Positions 9,336-18,127 of a stretch of 24,000 nucleotides of DNA are shown one piece after another. The position numbers were made by a program, and so were the translations under genes. The notes beneath the pieces were generated by a model. It was not told where the DNA came from. It saw nothing but the letters and a program-made list of their open reading frames with translations, and did no database searches. Source of the stretch: an uncultured Acidimicrobiia bacterium (GTDB lineage Bacteria; Gemmatimonadota; Gemmatimonadetes; Gemmatimonadales; GWC2-71-9). The stretch lies in the NCBI GenBank assembly GCA_964196605.1, contig CAXMUQ010000047.1, positions 827-24,826 on the forward strand, read 5' to 3'. The stretch's first letter is position 1; each line of letters starts with the position of its first letter.

Positions 9336-10003
9336 TCGCCGGCGGCCGCCTGCTGCAGCGAGTCGGCGAGGGCCTTCAGGAAATCGTAGTTCATGCCGCG
9401 AGCATCGTACCGGCGGCCGTCCATCACGAACGAGGGCGTCGAGTTGACGCCGAGGCGAATACCCTCCTGGCGTGAAGCCGCGATACGGCCCGCGTATCGT
9501 GCATCTCCCATGCATGCATCGTACTCGGCCATATCGAGTCCCAACTGTTGCATGTAATCACGGAAGGTCCCCGCGGCGCTCCGTTCACGCGACCATACGG
9601 GTTGACCATTGTAAATGGCTTCGTGTGCCTCCCAGTAGCGGTTCTGGTCATCGGCACATGCCGCCGCGTGCGCGGCCATGCGCGCATGCGGATGGCTCTG
9701 ATCCAACGGGAAATCCCGAAACCGCCAGCGGACCAGACCGGCATCGACCAACCGGGACTTGATGGTTGGAAACTGTACCACAGCGAAACTCTGACAGAAG
9801 GGACATTCGTAGTCGCCGTACTCGCTCACCTCTATCAAGGCGTTCTCTGATCCGATGTAGTACCCTGAGAACCCCGCCGTATCGGAAGTCTGTATCACCA
9901 CATCGATGGGAATTGCTACCGAGGTGGGGCGCTTCGTCATCCACCACAGCCCTGCAGCACCCACAACGGCTACAACGCCGATGATTGCATAGAACCTCTT
10001 CAT
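9332..10003 (-). CDS. Membrane-anchored DsbA-family thiol:disulfide oxidoreductase
   Basis: N-terminal TM segment, EYGDYECPFCQSF (CxxC active site), cis-Pro region GVNSTPSFVMDGR. Start taken at MKRFYAII (10003). The track ORF extends to 10024. Confidence 0.9.
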   Translation of the reverse strand: MKRFYAIIGVVAVVGAAGLWWMTKRPTSVAIPIDVVIQTSDTAGFSGYYIGSENALIEVSEYGDYECPFCQSFAVVQFPTIKSRLVDAGLVRWRFRDFPLDQSHPHARMAAHAAACADDQNRYWEAHEAIYNGQPVWSRERSAAGTFRDYMQQLGLDMAEYDACMGDARYAGRIAASRQEGIRLGVNSTPSFVMDGRRYDARGMNYDFLKALADSLQQAAAGE

Positions 10004-10314
10004 TCCTGCTCCCTCTGCCGCCATGGTTCATCATCCTTCGGTTCATCGTCGAATAAGGAATCGGAACTGCCTCGCGCCTCATCGATTATCTGTCGACTGC
10101 GCGCCACTTCGGGGCTGTCATAGGTCGATCGCACCTCGTAGTGGAACAACTCGCTGCGGATATCCCCGAGCGCGCGCAAAAGGGCAGGCACGTCCTTCAG
10201 CAACTTTCCGTCCCGCTCGAGTTGCAGGATTCGGTCAGCGAACTCCCGGAGGAGTACCTCGAGGCGCTCGGAACGCTCTCGGCCGTAAATTTCGTCGTGC
10301 TGGTCCATGCTCAC
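10000..10314 (-). CDS. Hypothetical protein, 104 aa, charged, predicted largely helical
   Basis: Stop codon overlaps the DsbA-like ATG (ATGA), so it looks translationally coupled. No motif recognised. Confidence 0.65.
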   Translation of the reverse strand: MSMDQHDEIYGRERSERLEVLLREFADRILQLERDGKLLKDVPALLRALGDIRSELFHYEVRSTYDSPEVARSRQIIDEARGSSDSLFDDEPKDDEPWRQREQE

Positions 10315-10430
10315 ACCTCTAGGTCGTCGACCGGGCCCCCGAAACGAGTCACTACAATCTAATCCCCATCAGAAGGGGGTGGCGACCACCCAATTGCACC
10401 ATTGCGTACGAAGCCATTATATTGCGGCGC

Positions 10431-10460
10431 TTGTAGTTGGACGATACGTTCACATATGAA
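10431..10460 (+). promoter_or_regulatory. Possible sigma70-like promoter for the 85-aa ORF
   Basis: TTGTAG (10431-10436), 18-nt spacer, TATGAA (10455-10460), in a locally AT-rich intergenic region. Confidence 0.35.
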
Positions 10461-10474
10461 ACAAAGGAGAGTGC

Positions 10475-10732
10475 ATGGCCAAGAACACCCCCCAGGGACA
10501 TCCAAACTCGTTCGACCAGGCTCGGGACGAACTATTCAGTCACATTCTGAGATGTGGCGTCCTCGAAGCCGAGCTCGAGCACCAGAAGGACTGGTTCGAT
10601 GATACCATGCAATATCTCGCCGACCGATACCTGGACCTGTCAAACGAGAACCTGGCCGACGTCAGGGTGCTGGGAGAACGATACTGCCAACCGGTGGTGA
10701 ACAAGGCGCAGGCGGAGTCCGTCACCGCCTGA
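10475..10732 (+). CDS. Hypothetical protein, 85 aa, orphan
   Basis: Strong Shine-Dalgarno AAAGGAGA (10463-10470) before ATG 10475, and a canonical terminator just downstream. Confidence 0.7.
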   Translation: MAKNTPQGHPNSFDQARDELFSHILRCGVLEAELEHQKDWFDDTMQYLADRYLDLSNENLADVRVLGERYCQPVVNKAQAESVTA

Positions 10733-10748
10733 CTTGATCGATTCGCTG

Positions 10749-10772
10749 CCGCCCCCTCTCCGGGGCGGTTTT
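10749..10772 (+). terminator. Rho-independent terminator after the 85-aa ORF
   Basis: CCGCCCC (10749-10755), loop CTCTCC, GGGGCGG (10762-10768), then TTTT. Confidence 0.8.
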
Positions 10773-10808
10773 GCTAGGGGCGTTTCACTCCGGCTTGGAA
10801 GCACTGAC

Positions 10809-11249
10809 TCACCGCCAGCGGTAACCCACTGCCATCCGGAACCCGCCCCCAAAGCCCAGCTCTGCCGTCCACCCACCCCCTCCACCGGGTGACTCTTCGA
10901 TACCCAACAGCACCACCATGTAGCCCTGGGTGGTGGCCCCGCCCGCCAAAGCCAAGCCCCCTCCACCATAAACGCCAAGCGAATGAGAGTTGGGATGCAA
11001 ATGGAAGTGAGCCAAGCCCTCGAGGCGCCAGGCCACATCCCCGCCCTGCACCCCCAGCGCCGCGGTCCCGACGAGCCGTACTCGCCGCTCCACCCTGATT
11101 CCGGCAGAAGGACCTGCCACCACCGCCACGGGGTCGTCGGTGGTGGCTATCAGCTGCACTCCCAGCTCGTGTACGCGCTGTCCCACCACCACTGACGGAA
11201 CCGCCAACAGTGCTCCAGCCAGGGTCAGGTTACCCCAGATGGAGGTCAT
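10809..11249 (-). CDS. Secreted / outer-membrane-like hypothetical protein
   Basis: 146 aa with a signal-peptide-like N-terminus. Gly-rich alternating pattern and C-terminal GFGGGFRMAVGYRWR. Overlaps the OsmC stop by 20 bp. Confidence 0.6.
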   Translation of the reverse strand: MTSIWGNLTLAGALLAVPSVVVGQRVHELGVQLIATTDDPVAVVAGPSAGIRVERRVRLVGTAALGVQGGDVAWRLEGLAHFHLHPNSHSLGVYGGGGLALAGGATTQGYMVVLLGIEESPGGGGGWTAELGFGGGFRMAVGYRWR

Positions 11250-11640
11250 AGGTGATCGGGGCGTCCAGTTTCAACGTGTGGGTTACCGAGCAGTACTTCT
11301 CCAGTGAGAGGTCGATACTCCGCCGGGCCTTGGCCTCGTCAAGGTTCCTGCCCGCAAGATGAAAGTCTATGTGGATGGTCAGGTAGCGCTTGGGATAGGT
11401 CTCGTTGCGAACTCCCCGGACCTCCATACGAAACGTGGTCAACTCAACTTCCATCTTGGGCAGCATGGTGACGATATCGCTGCCGGCGCATCCGGCAATC
11501 GCCATCAGCAGCTGCAGCATCGGTCCAGGGGCCGTCTCGTTGGTGCCGTCGACAACAGCCACCGGCCCATCGGGCGCACCGCCTTCGAACACCATGTCTT
11601 GCCGCCAGTTCATGACGATGTGCTTGGTTTCCTGTGCCAT
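11230..11640 (-). CDS. OsmC-family protein
   Basis: 136 aa. GPMLQLLMAIAGCAGSDIV and SLEKYCSVTHTLKLDAPITYDL match the two-Cys OsmC/YhfA pattern. Confidence 0.88.
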   Translation of the reverse strand: MAQETKHIVMNWRQDMVFEGGAPDGPVAVVDGTNETAPGPMLQLLMAIAGCAGSDIVTMLPKMEVELTTFRMEVRGVRNETYPKRYLTIHIDFHLAGRNLDEAKARRSIDLSLEKYCSVTHTLKLDAPITYDLHLG

Positions 11641-11664
11641 GTTGTTCCTCGCCGTATCGGTTTT

Positions 11665-14289
11665 CTAACTTGAGACCGCTACCTCTGTTACCCGTCCCCT
11701 TACCACACCTTCGGCACACTGGTCCCCGGTGAACGCCTTTCGGCACACCGCTGCCACGTCGTCGACGGTGACCGTGTGATACCGGCGCCACGGATTCGCG
11801 AGATCCGCCACTCCATCACCGGCGAACCAGGCGTCCAGGATCTCGCCCATGATTGCCGAACTCGACTGCCGAGCAATTTCCTGTTGACCTGCCAGGTAAT
11901 TGACGGCTCGGGACAATTCATCAGCCGACACCGGCTCAGCCGCAAACCGCTTGAGTTCTCGATGAAGACCATCCCGGGCCTCCTGCTCTCGCCCGGGAGA
12001 CGTGGCCAGGTAGGCCAGCAACGCGCCGGCGCGGTGCCGCTGCCACGAGGATGCCACCACCGTGTAGGCCAGCGACTGTTGTGACCGGAGAATCTCGAAC
12101 AACCTGCCGCCTAGCCCACCCGCCACCGCGGCCCACACCTCAGCCGCAGATCGCTCGTGATCGAGTCGGCCCGGCCCGGGGAATACCATCGCCAAGGCCG
12201 TTTGAGCCTTGTCGCGCTGTTCCGTTCGCAGGGGTCCCGATGTATCGACGGCCTGGCGCGCCAACTGTTGTCGGGCGTTTGGCTCCGCTGCTGGATAATC
12301 CTGGAAAACCGCGGCGATCTGGTCAGCCAACGCCTGTGGTTCTGCATCCCCCACGGCTACCACGGTAAGCCGCGCGCCGTCGATCAATAGCCGGAATTCG
12401 TCCCGAGCTCGATCGGCATCGAACCCCGCGAGCGATTCCGGGATTCCTCCCAGCGGCACACCATACCCCGTGTCATGAAACGCGGCGCCCAGAGCCAGTT
12501 GGAACGGATAACTGAACATGTCGTCAGTCCGGCGCCGGGCTTCCTCTATCATCACAGCCCGCTCGCGATCCACTTCTTCGGCGGCAAACGAAGGGTCTTC
12601 CAACAGCCGACGCATAAGGACGGCGGCAGCGGGAGCCTCGTCTGCCACCACGGTACACCCGAACCCGAAGCGCTCGGCAGCGACAACGGCGCCCACCGCT
12701 CCTCCCCTGCGTTCGAATCCAGCGGCCACACTCCCCGCTCCGAACTGCCCTACGCCACGGATGGCGCTGCGCACTGCCAGAGCTCCCAACCCTGAGGTAA
12801 CAAGCGTTTCACCTGAATCGCGCGGGCCGTAGACGCCCAGAGTAATGGTAGGCACGTCCCGTTTGGGCCTGATAATGACATCGACTCCGTCCAGTGACAC
12901 CACGTGCACGGCGTCGTCGCCGGCCAAGGGCACGTGAATGGCCTGGGGAGCCTCCACGGGAATGTCAGGCAGGGCGGCCAACGGTGTGCCGGCCCCGTGG
13001 ACCAGACGGGCCGCGACATCGTCCACCTCCATTTCGGCCCCTCGCTCCTCAGGGAGGTAGCTCACCGCGGACACTGATTGCGGATCGATCCATTGCTGGG
13101 CGGCCGCGCGAATTTCTTCGGCCGTTGTATCCTGGAGCCGTTGATATTCTTCGTCCAACACCCGCACGTCCCGCAATGCCTCCGCCGCTGCAAGTGCCGA
13201 CGCACGCCCATCCGTCGACTCGAACCCACGTGCCCAACGCGTTAGCAGCAGCGTCCTGGCTCGCTCCAATTCCACTGCTGCCGGGCCATCGTTTACCAAG
13301 CGATCGATCGCCTGTCCCAATCCATCGAGCGCCGGGGCAATGCGATCCGGCGCCAGTTCCATTCCCACCCCAAACAACCCCAGCTCGGTCGGCGCAAACG
13401 TGTACGCGGACACCGATGACACCACGCCGGGGGAGCGAAGCAACCGGTACAACCAGGAACCCCGGCCGGCCGACAAGATCGCCGCCGCCAATTCGAGGGG
13501 CGCCTCATCGGGGTGTTGCGGCGGCACCGTCCGCCAACCGAGTGCCAGCCGCGCCTGCGCCACATCTCCGCGCAGCGTACGGACACGCACCTCCTGGCGG
13601 GGTGGCTCAACCGGCGAACGATCCTCGGCTGGAGCAACGTCCGGCCAGTCCTGGTACCTCTCCTGGGCCATGGCCAGCGCTTTGTCCGGGTCGATGTCGC
13701 CCACGATGGCAACAATGGTGTTGCGGGGCACGTAGCGGGAGCGATAGTACTGCCAGACGTCTTCACGAGTGAGTTGGGCCAGGTGGTTCTCGTGGCCAAT
13801 TCTCCACCGGCGGATCCGGTGATGGTCGTACATGACCTCAAAGAGTGTCTCGGTGGCGAGCGCGCCCGGAGAATCCCACTTGCGCTTGGCCTCTTGAGTT
13901 ATGACCTGCAGTTCCCGGTCGAGCTCGCCGGGGTCAATGACGGAGTGCTGAAGCGCGTCCGCCTGGATGTCGAGCGCCGATTGAAGTGAGGATGCTGGGA
14001 GCACCACATAGTACGTGGTGTAATCGTACGACGTGCCGGCGTTGAGGTACCCGCCGGCAGCTTTAGTCTCCTGGGCGATCTGGCCGACGCCACGCGTCGG
14101 CGTACCCTTGAAGAACATGTGTTCCAGAACGTGGGAGACGCCGACCCAGCGATCGGGCTCATCGAAGAACCCGGCTTTGACGTGGGTCACCACCGCGGCC
14201 GCCGGGGCGGCGGGCTGCGCTTGCACCAAGATCGTGAGTCCGTTGCGGAGCTGCCTCCGCCGGACGCCGGCCGTCCAACGGCCCATCAA
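11665..14289 (-). CDS. M16-family (insulinase-like) zinc peptidase, two-domain
   Basis: 874 aa. Inverted zinc motif HVLEHMFFKGT (HxxEH) with downstream E region, and a second M16-like half in the C-terminal portion. Confidence 0.92.
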   Translation of the reverse strand: MMGRWTAGVRRRQLRNGLTILVQAQPAAPAAAVVTHVKAGFFDEPDRWVGVSHVLEHMFFKGTPTRGVGQIAQETKAAGGYLNAGTSYDYTTYYVVLPASSLQSALDIQADALQHSVIDPGELDRELQVITQEAKRKWDSPGALATETLFEVMYDHHRIRRWRIGHENHLAQLTREDVWQYYRSRYVPRNTIVAIVGDIDPDKALAMAQERYQDWPDVAPAEDRSPVEPPRQEVRVRTLRGDVAQARLALGWRTVPPQHPDEAPLELAAAILSAGRGSWLYRLLRSPGVVSSVSAYTFAPTELGLFGVGMELAPDRIAPALDGLGQAIDRLVNDGPAAVELERARTLLLTRWARGFESTDGRASALAAAEALRDVRVLDEEYQRLQDTTAEEIRAAAQQWIDPQSVSAVSYLPEERGAEMEVDDVAARLVHGAGTPLAALPDIPVEAPQAIHVPLAGDDAVHVVSLDGVDVIIRPKRDVPTITLGVYGPRDSGETLVTSGLGALAVRSAIRGVGQFGAGSVAAGFERRGGAVGAVVAAERFGFGCTVVADEAPAAAVLMRRLLEDPSFAAEEVDRERAVMIEEARRRTDDMFSYPFQLALGAAFHDTGYGVPLGGIPESLAGFDADRARDEFRLLIDGARLTVVAVGDAEPQALADQIAAVFQDYPAAEPNARQQLARQAVDTSGPLRTEQRDKAQTALAMVFPGPGRLDHERSAAEVWAAVAGGLGGRLFEILRSQQSLAYTVVASSWQRHRAGALLAYLATSPGREQEARDGLHRELKRFAAEPVSADELSRAVNYLAGQQEIARQSSSAIMGEILDAWFAGDGVADLANPWRRYHTVTVDDVAAVCRKAFTGDQCAEGVVRGRVTEVAVSS

Positions 14290-14302
14290 CGGCCTGCCAA
14301 CG

Positions 14303-15424
14303 TCACTGAATGATGCGAAGGACGCCCGCCTCGGCGCTCCCCCGAATGAACGCCTCGGCGTCGGTGACTGGAATTACCACCCCGGTCTCCGTCTGGCCAC
14401 GCCTGGCCAGTCCCGCCATGAAGTCGCGCAATGAAGATCCGGCCCACTCCCCATCCGCGTCCCGCATCTGAAGCAGAATCTCTTCCCAGTTGCCGTTGAA
14501 CAAGTGGCCCAAGAGCGTGGCGACCAAATGGCTGCCCCCATGGTTTGGCCGCCGTTTTTCCATGCCCGGCAAATCAGCCACCATGGCACTGAACAACTCA
14601 AGCTGGGTGGGGTCGCGGGTACTGCCGTCCGGTTGTTGCGCCTCGACCTCGGCCAACAGCACGTCGATCGGGTCGGGGTCACCGGAGATTTCCTTCAGCC
14701 GCTGGACCCAGGGGGTGAGTTCGGGGTCGTCTTCCGGCAACCGGTACAACGCCCGCTTCAAGTCGAGGTAGCGCCACAGCCCCAGTTCATCATAGTGCTC
14801 CTCGGGCTCAGTGCGACCCAAGTGATGTAGTGCCGCCTCCGACTCTCCTCTATCGTAGAGAATGTTCGCCAGATAGATGCGAGCTTCACTGTAGTCGGGA
14901 TCTAGCTCAAGAGCGCGGCGCATCCAGTATAGAGCGATCGGGTCCCGCCCCATCCGATGTGCCGCGTACCCAACGCAGGCCGCTGCCTCAGCCGAGTCTG
15001 GGTGGTTCGAAACCACCAAGCCGAAGAAGCGGTGGGCATGGCCCACGAGTCCCTGGCGGAACAGAGCCCGGCCGAGTTGCAGCATGAGTTCGTGGTCGTC
15101 CTGGAAGCCCAATTCGACGATGCGCTCGTAAGCCAGCAGGGCGCCTTGAACATCACCCAACTTAAGCAGCACCTCACCGTACCCCGCCAAGGCATCCTCG
15201 TGGTCCATGTCGAGGCCAAGGGCCGCTTCGAAGGAGCGTCGAGCCCAGGGATACTCCTCCCTGGCGAGATAGGCATAGGCCATCCCGACCTGGAGTTCCG
15301 CGGCGTTGGGATAGAGTGCTGCGCCTTCCTTTAAGATGTCCAGCGCGTCGTCGTAGCGACCTTCGTTGTAGAGTTGGTGGGCTTGTTCGTCGTATTCGTC
15401 GGAGCTCAGAAAGCGTTCCGACAT
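14303..15424 (-). CDS. Tetratricopeptide-repeat protein
   Basis: Successive TPR-like helices: QLYNEGRYDDALDILKEGAALYPNAAELQ, MAYAYLAREEYPWARRSFEAALGLD, GEVLLKLGDVQGALLAYERIVELG. Start taken at MSERFLSS (15424). Confidence 0.85.
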   Translation of the reverse strand: MSERFLSSDEYDEQAHQLYNEGRYDDALDILKEGAALYPNAAELQVGMAYAYLAREEYPWARRSFEAALGLDMDHEDALAGYGEVLLKLGDVQGALLAYERIVELGFQDDHELMLQLGRALFRQGLVGHAHRFFGLVVSNHPDSAEAAACVGYAAHRMGRDPIALYWMRRALELDPDYSEARIYLANILYDRGESEAALHHLGRTEPEEHYDELGLWRYLDLKRALYRLPEDDPELTPWVQRLKEISGDPDPIDVLLAEVEAQQPDGSTRDPTQLELFSAMVADLPGMEKRRPNHGGSHLVATLLGHLFNGNWEEILLQMRDADGEWAGSSLRDFMAGLARRGQTETGVVIPVTDAEAFIRGSAEAGVLRIIQ

Positions 15425-15507
15425 CGGCAGGGCCTCCCAGCGAGGGTATGGATTAAAGTAGGAACTTCCCAACGCGGGATCAAGAGAGTTGCATGGGTCA
15501 TATTCGG

Positions 15508-16356
15508 TTACGGTACCCTACAGCGCTCCGGCGGAAGCACGCCGAGGTGACTGAATCGGCGTTCCTGACGTACTTCGGTGCGCACGGCCCGATCGGAAAC
15601 AATGGTTGTTGGAAAAGTAACGACTGTGGTGATGCGCCTATTCCAGGATAGCGGCCCCATCCCCGGCTGCCACAACATGCGGCTGCGCTCTTCCTCGACC
15701 GACTCGCCCTCCGAAAACTGGCCGTCGCCCCAGTCGACGGAAACAGATGTCGTGTCGTTGCGGAGAAGTCGCAGGCGCCACGCTGTGCCGGAAGCCATGA
15801 CGGTATCGCTCAATCGGTCGAAACCCCATCCTCGCCCGTCAGCCGTTGTGCCACCTGGCGCCAATGGCGTCGTCGGTAGCGGCGGGAACAGCTCATCGAG
15901 GGCCGTGTCCATGGCCGCGATCGCCGACACCGCATCAGGAACGAACGGCGCACTGATCCTGCGGTAGTCACCGGCGGGACCAAGCACTCCGCGGTAACGC
16001 CCACCGAGTATCCCGTCCGTGGCCGGCTCCAGCCGGCCTTCAGGAACATCACGCCACACCCGCAAGCGTTCGAACCAGGCAATGAGCGACACAGTACCTC
16101 CCGTGTCGGCATCAGCCTTGAGAACGATTTCACCCTCCCATCCGATAGTCTCCGTGCGACGATCCTTGCCGTGTACGGTCTCCAATTCACTCATGACCGA
16201 CTGATGCAGGGACACACAGGCCAACGGACCCACGTGATAGCTCATCGAGGAATCGAACTGGGCAGCGAGAGCCTTCCCATACAGCATCCCTACGGACAGG
16301 GCAACGACAAAGGGGCCTCTCCGAAGACCCCTTGAACGGCACCGCGCTTGCCTCAC
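15508..16356 (-). CDS. Secreted hypothetical protein
   Basis: 282 aa with a signal-peptide-like N-terminus (RRGPFVVALSVGMLYGKALAAQ). No motif recognised. Confidence 0.65.
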   Translation of the reverse strand: MRQARCRSRGLRRGPFVVALSVGMLYGKALAAQFDSSMSYHVGPLACVSLHQSVMSELETVHGKDRRTETIGWEGEIVLKADADTGGTVSLIAWFERLRVWRDVPEGRLEPATDGILGGRYRGVLGPAGDYRRISAPFVPDAVSAIAAMDTALDELFPPLPTTPLAPGGTTADGRGWGFDRLSDTVMASGTAWRLRLLRNDTTSVSVDWGDGQFSEGESVEEERSRMLWQPGMGPLSWNRRITTVVTFPTTIVSDRAVRTEVRQERRFSHLGVLPPERCRVP

Positions 16357-16368
16357 CTCGCTCCTCCG

Positions 16369-17997
16369 CTACTCGGCCTGCATATGCGGATATCGGTAGT
16401 CGTGCGGCGGGGCGAAAGTCTCCTTGATTGTCTGGGGAGCAACCCACCGCAGGAGATTTAGCGGCGACCCTGCCTTGTCGTCGGTACCGCTGGCACGGGC
16501 GCCACCGAACGGTTGTTGGCCCACAACAGCGCCAGTCGGCTTGTCGTTGATATAAAAATTTCCTGCCGCGTAGCGCAACACGCGATGGGCCTCCCTCACG
16601 GCCGCCCGGTCTTGGGAGAACACGGCTCCGGTAAGCGCGTAGGGCGACGTGGTATCAACCAGTGACAACGTCTCCGACCATGACTCATCGGGGTACACGT
16701 ACACGCTCAAGACCGGCCCGAAAATCTCTTCACACATCACTACCGCTGTGGGGTCGTCCACCCGGAGCAAAGTCGGCTCGATGTAGTAGCCGACCTCATC
16801 GCTGAACCCACCGCCCGCCACGACCTCAACACTGGGATCTGCTTTTGCGGTGTCGATGTAGCCCGTGATTTTGGTATAGGCCTTCTGGTCGATCACAGCT
16901 GCCATGAAATTGGTGAAGTCCGCCGGATCACCCATGCGGATGTCGCCGATCATCGCTTCGAGACGCTCGCGCAGTTCCGGCCACAGGGACTTCGGCACGT
17001 AGCAGCGGGACGCCGCACTGCACTTCTGACCCTGGTATTCGTAGGCGCCCCGCACCATTGCCACCGCCAGAGCCGCGACATCAGCGGATGGATGGGCTAC
17101 GATGAAGTCCTTACCGCCAGTTTCGCCGACGATCCTTGGATAGGACCGGTAGTTGGCCAGATTGTTCGCAAGTTTCTGCCACAACGATTGGAACACCGCT
17201 GTTGATCCAGTAAAGTGGATCCCCGCGATGTGCTCATCGGCAAACAGCACGTCGGTCATCATGACCGGATCGCCAGGGACGAAGTTGATCACACCGGGCG
17301 GAAGGCCCGCCTCCTCGAACAGCTTGAACATGTAGTAGTTACTCAGAGTGCCGGTGTGGGATGGTTTCCACACCGCAGTCGTCCCCATCAGCGCGGGGGC
17401 GCTGCACAGATTCCCGCCGATCGACGTGAAGTTGAACGGAGAAATGGCCCAGATGAACCCTTCCAATGGCCGGTACTCCAGTCGATTCCACACTCCAGGG
17501 CCGGCATCCGGCTGCATCTCGTAAATCTGCTCGGCGTAGTACACGTTGAACTTCAGGAAGTCGATCATCTCACAGGCGGCATCGATTTCAGCTTGGTAAA
17601 CCGTCTTGCTCTGACCCGCCATGGTGCTGGCGTTGATGATATCCCGCCAAGGACCGGCCAGCAGGTCGGCGGCCTTGAGAAACACCGCCGCTCGATCCGT
17701 GAAAGACCAACTGGCCCACTCACGCTGAGCCTCGACCGCGGCCGCAGCAGCGGCAGACACAGTGGCGGCGTCCGCTGAATGGACCGTGGCCAAAGTGTGG
17801 CCATGGTCGTGCGGGGACACTACTTGGTACGTGTCGCCCGTACGAACCTCTTTTCCCCCGACGATGACGGGGATTTCAACCTCATCCTCCCAGACTGTCT
17901 TCAATTTCGCCTGGAGAGCACTCCGCTCGAGTGTCCCCGGGGCGTAGCTCATTATTGGTTCGTTGTGCGGCTTCGGGATATTGGGCGTGCTGCTCAT
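16369..17997 (-). CDS. pruA: L-glutamate gamma-semialdehyde (1-pyrroline-5-carboxylate) dehydrogenase
   Basis: FTGSTAVF, VGETGGKDF, GAYEYQGQKCSAASR (catalytic Cys) and CEEIFGPVLSVYVY, in the aldehyde dehydrogenase superfamily P5CDH type. Start at MSSTPNIP (17997). Confidence 0.92.
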   Translation of the reverse strand: MSSTPNIPKPHNEPIMSYAPGTLERSALQAKLKTVWEDEVEIPVIVGGKEVRTGDTYQVVSPHDHGHTLATVHSADAATVSAAAAAAVEAQREWASWSFTDRAAVFLKAADLLAGPWRDIINASTMAGQSKTVYQAEIDAACEMIDFLKFNVYYAEQIYEMQPDAGPGVWNRLEYRPLEGFIWAISPFNFTSIGGNLCSAPALMGTTAVWKPSHTGTLSNYYMFKLFEEAGLPPGVINFVPGDPVMMTDVLFADEHIAGIHFTGSTAVFQSLWQKLANNLANYRSYPRIVGETGGKDFIVAHPSADVAALAVAMVRGAYEYQGQKCSAASRCYVPKSLWPELRERLEAMIGDIRMGDPADFTNFMAAVIDQKAYTKITGYIDTAKADPSVEVVAGGGFSDEVGYYIEPTLLRVDDPTAVVMCEEIFGPVLSVYVYPDESWSETLSLVDTTSPYALTGAVFSQDRAAVREAHRVLRYAAGNFYINDKPTGAVVGQQPFGGARASGTDDKAGSPLNLLRWVAPQTIKETFAPPHDYRYPHMQAE

Positions 17998-18127
17998 GGG
18001 ACATCCACGGTGCGAGATAATCAATCCTGAGGGACAGCGGGACCCGGCCTGCCCGTACGAATGCGCGGGAGCTTACCCGATTTGGAGGCGTCGGGCAACG
18101 GGTAACGCCGGCCCACGATCGGCCCGC

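Noticed and set aside
10377-10391. Small hairpin GGGTGG-CGA-CCACCC upstream of the 104-aa gene
   Set aside because: Only a 6-bp stem with a 3-nt loop. It could be incidental and I cannot assign a role from sequence alone.
12894-13772. 292-aa + strand ORF antisense to the M16 peptidase gene
   Set aside because: Low-complexity Arg/Pro/Ala-rich translation typical of a GC-rich antisense frame. It lies entirely opposite a well-supported coding gene and has no plausible domain.
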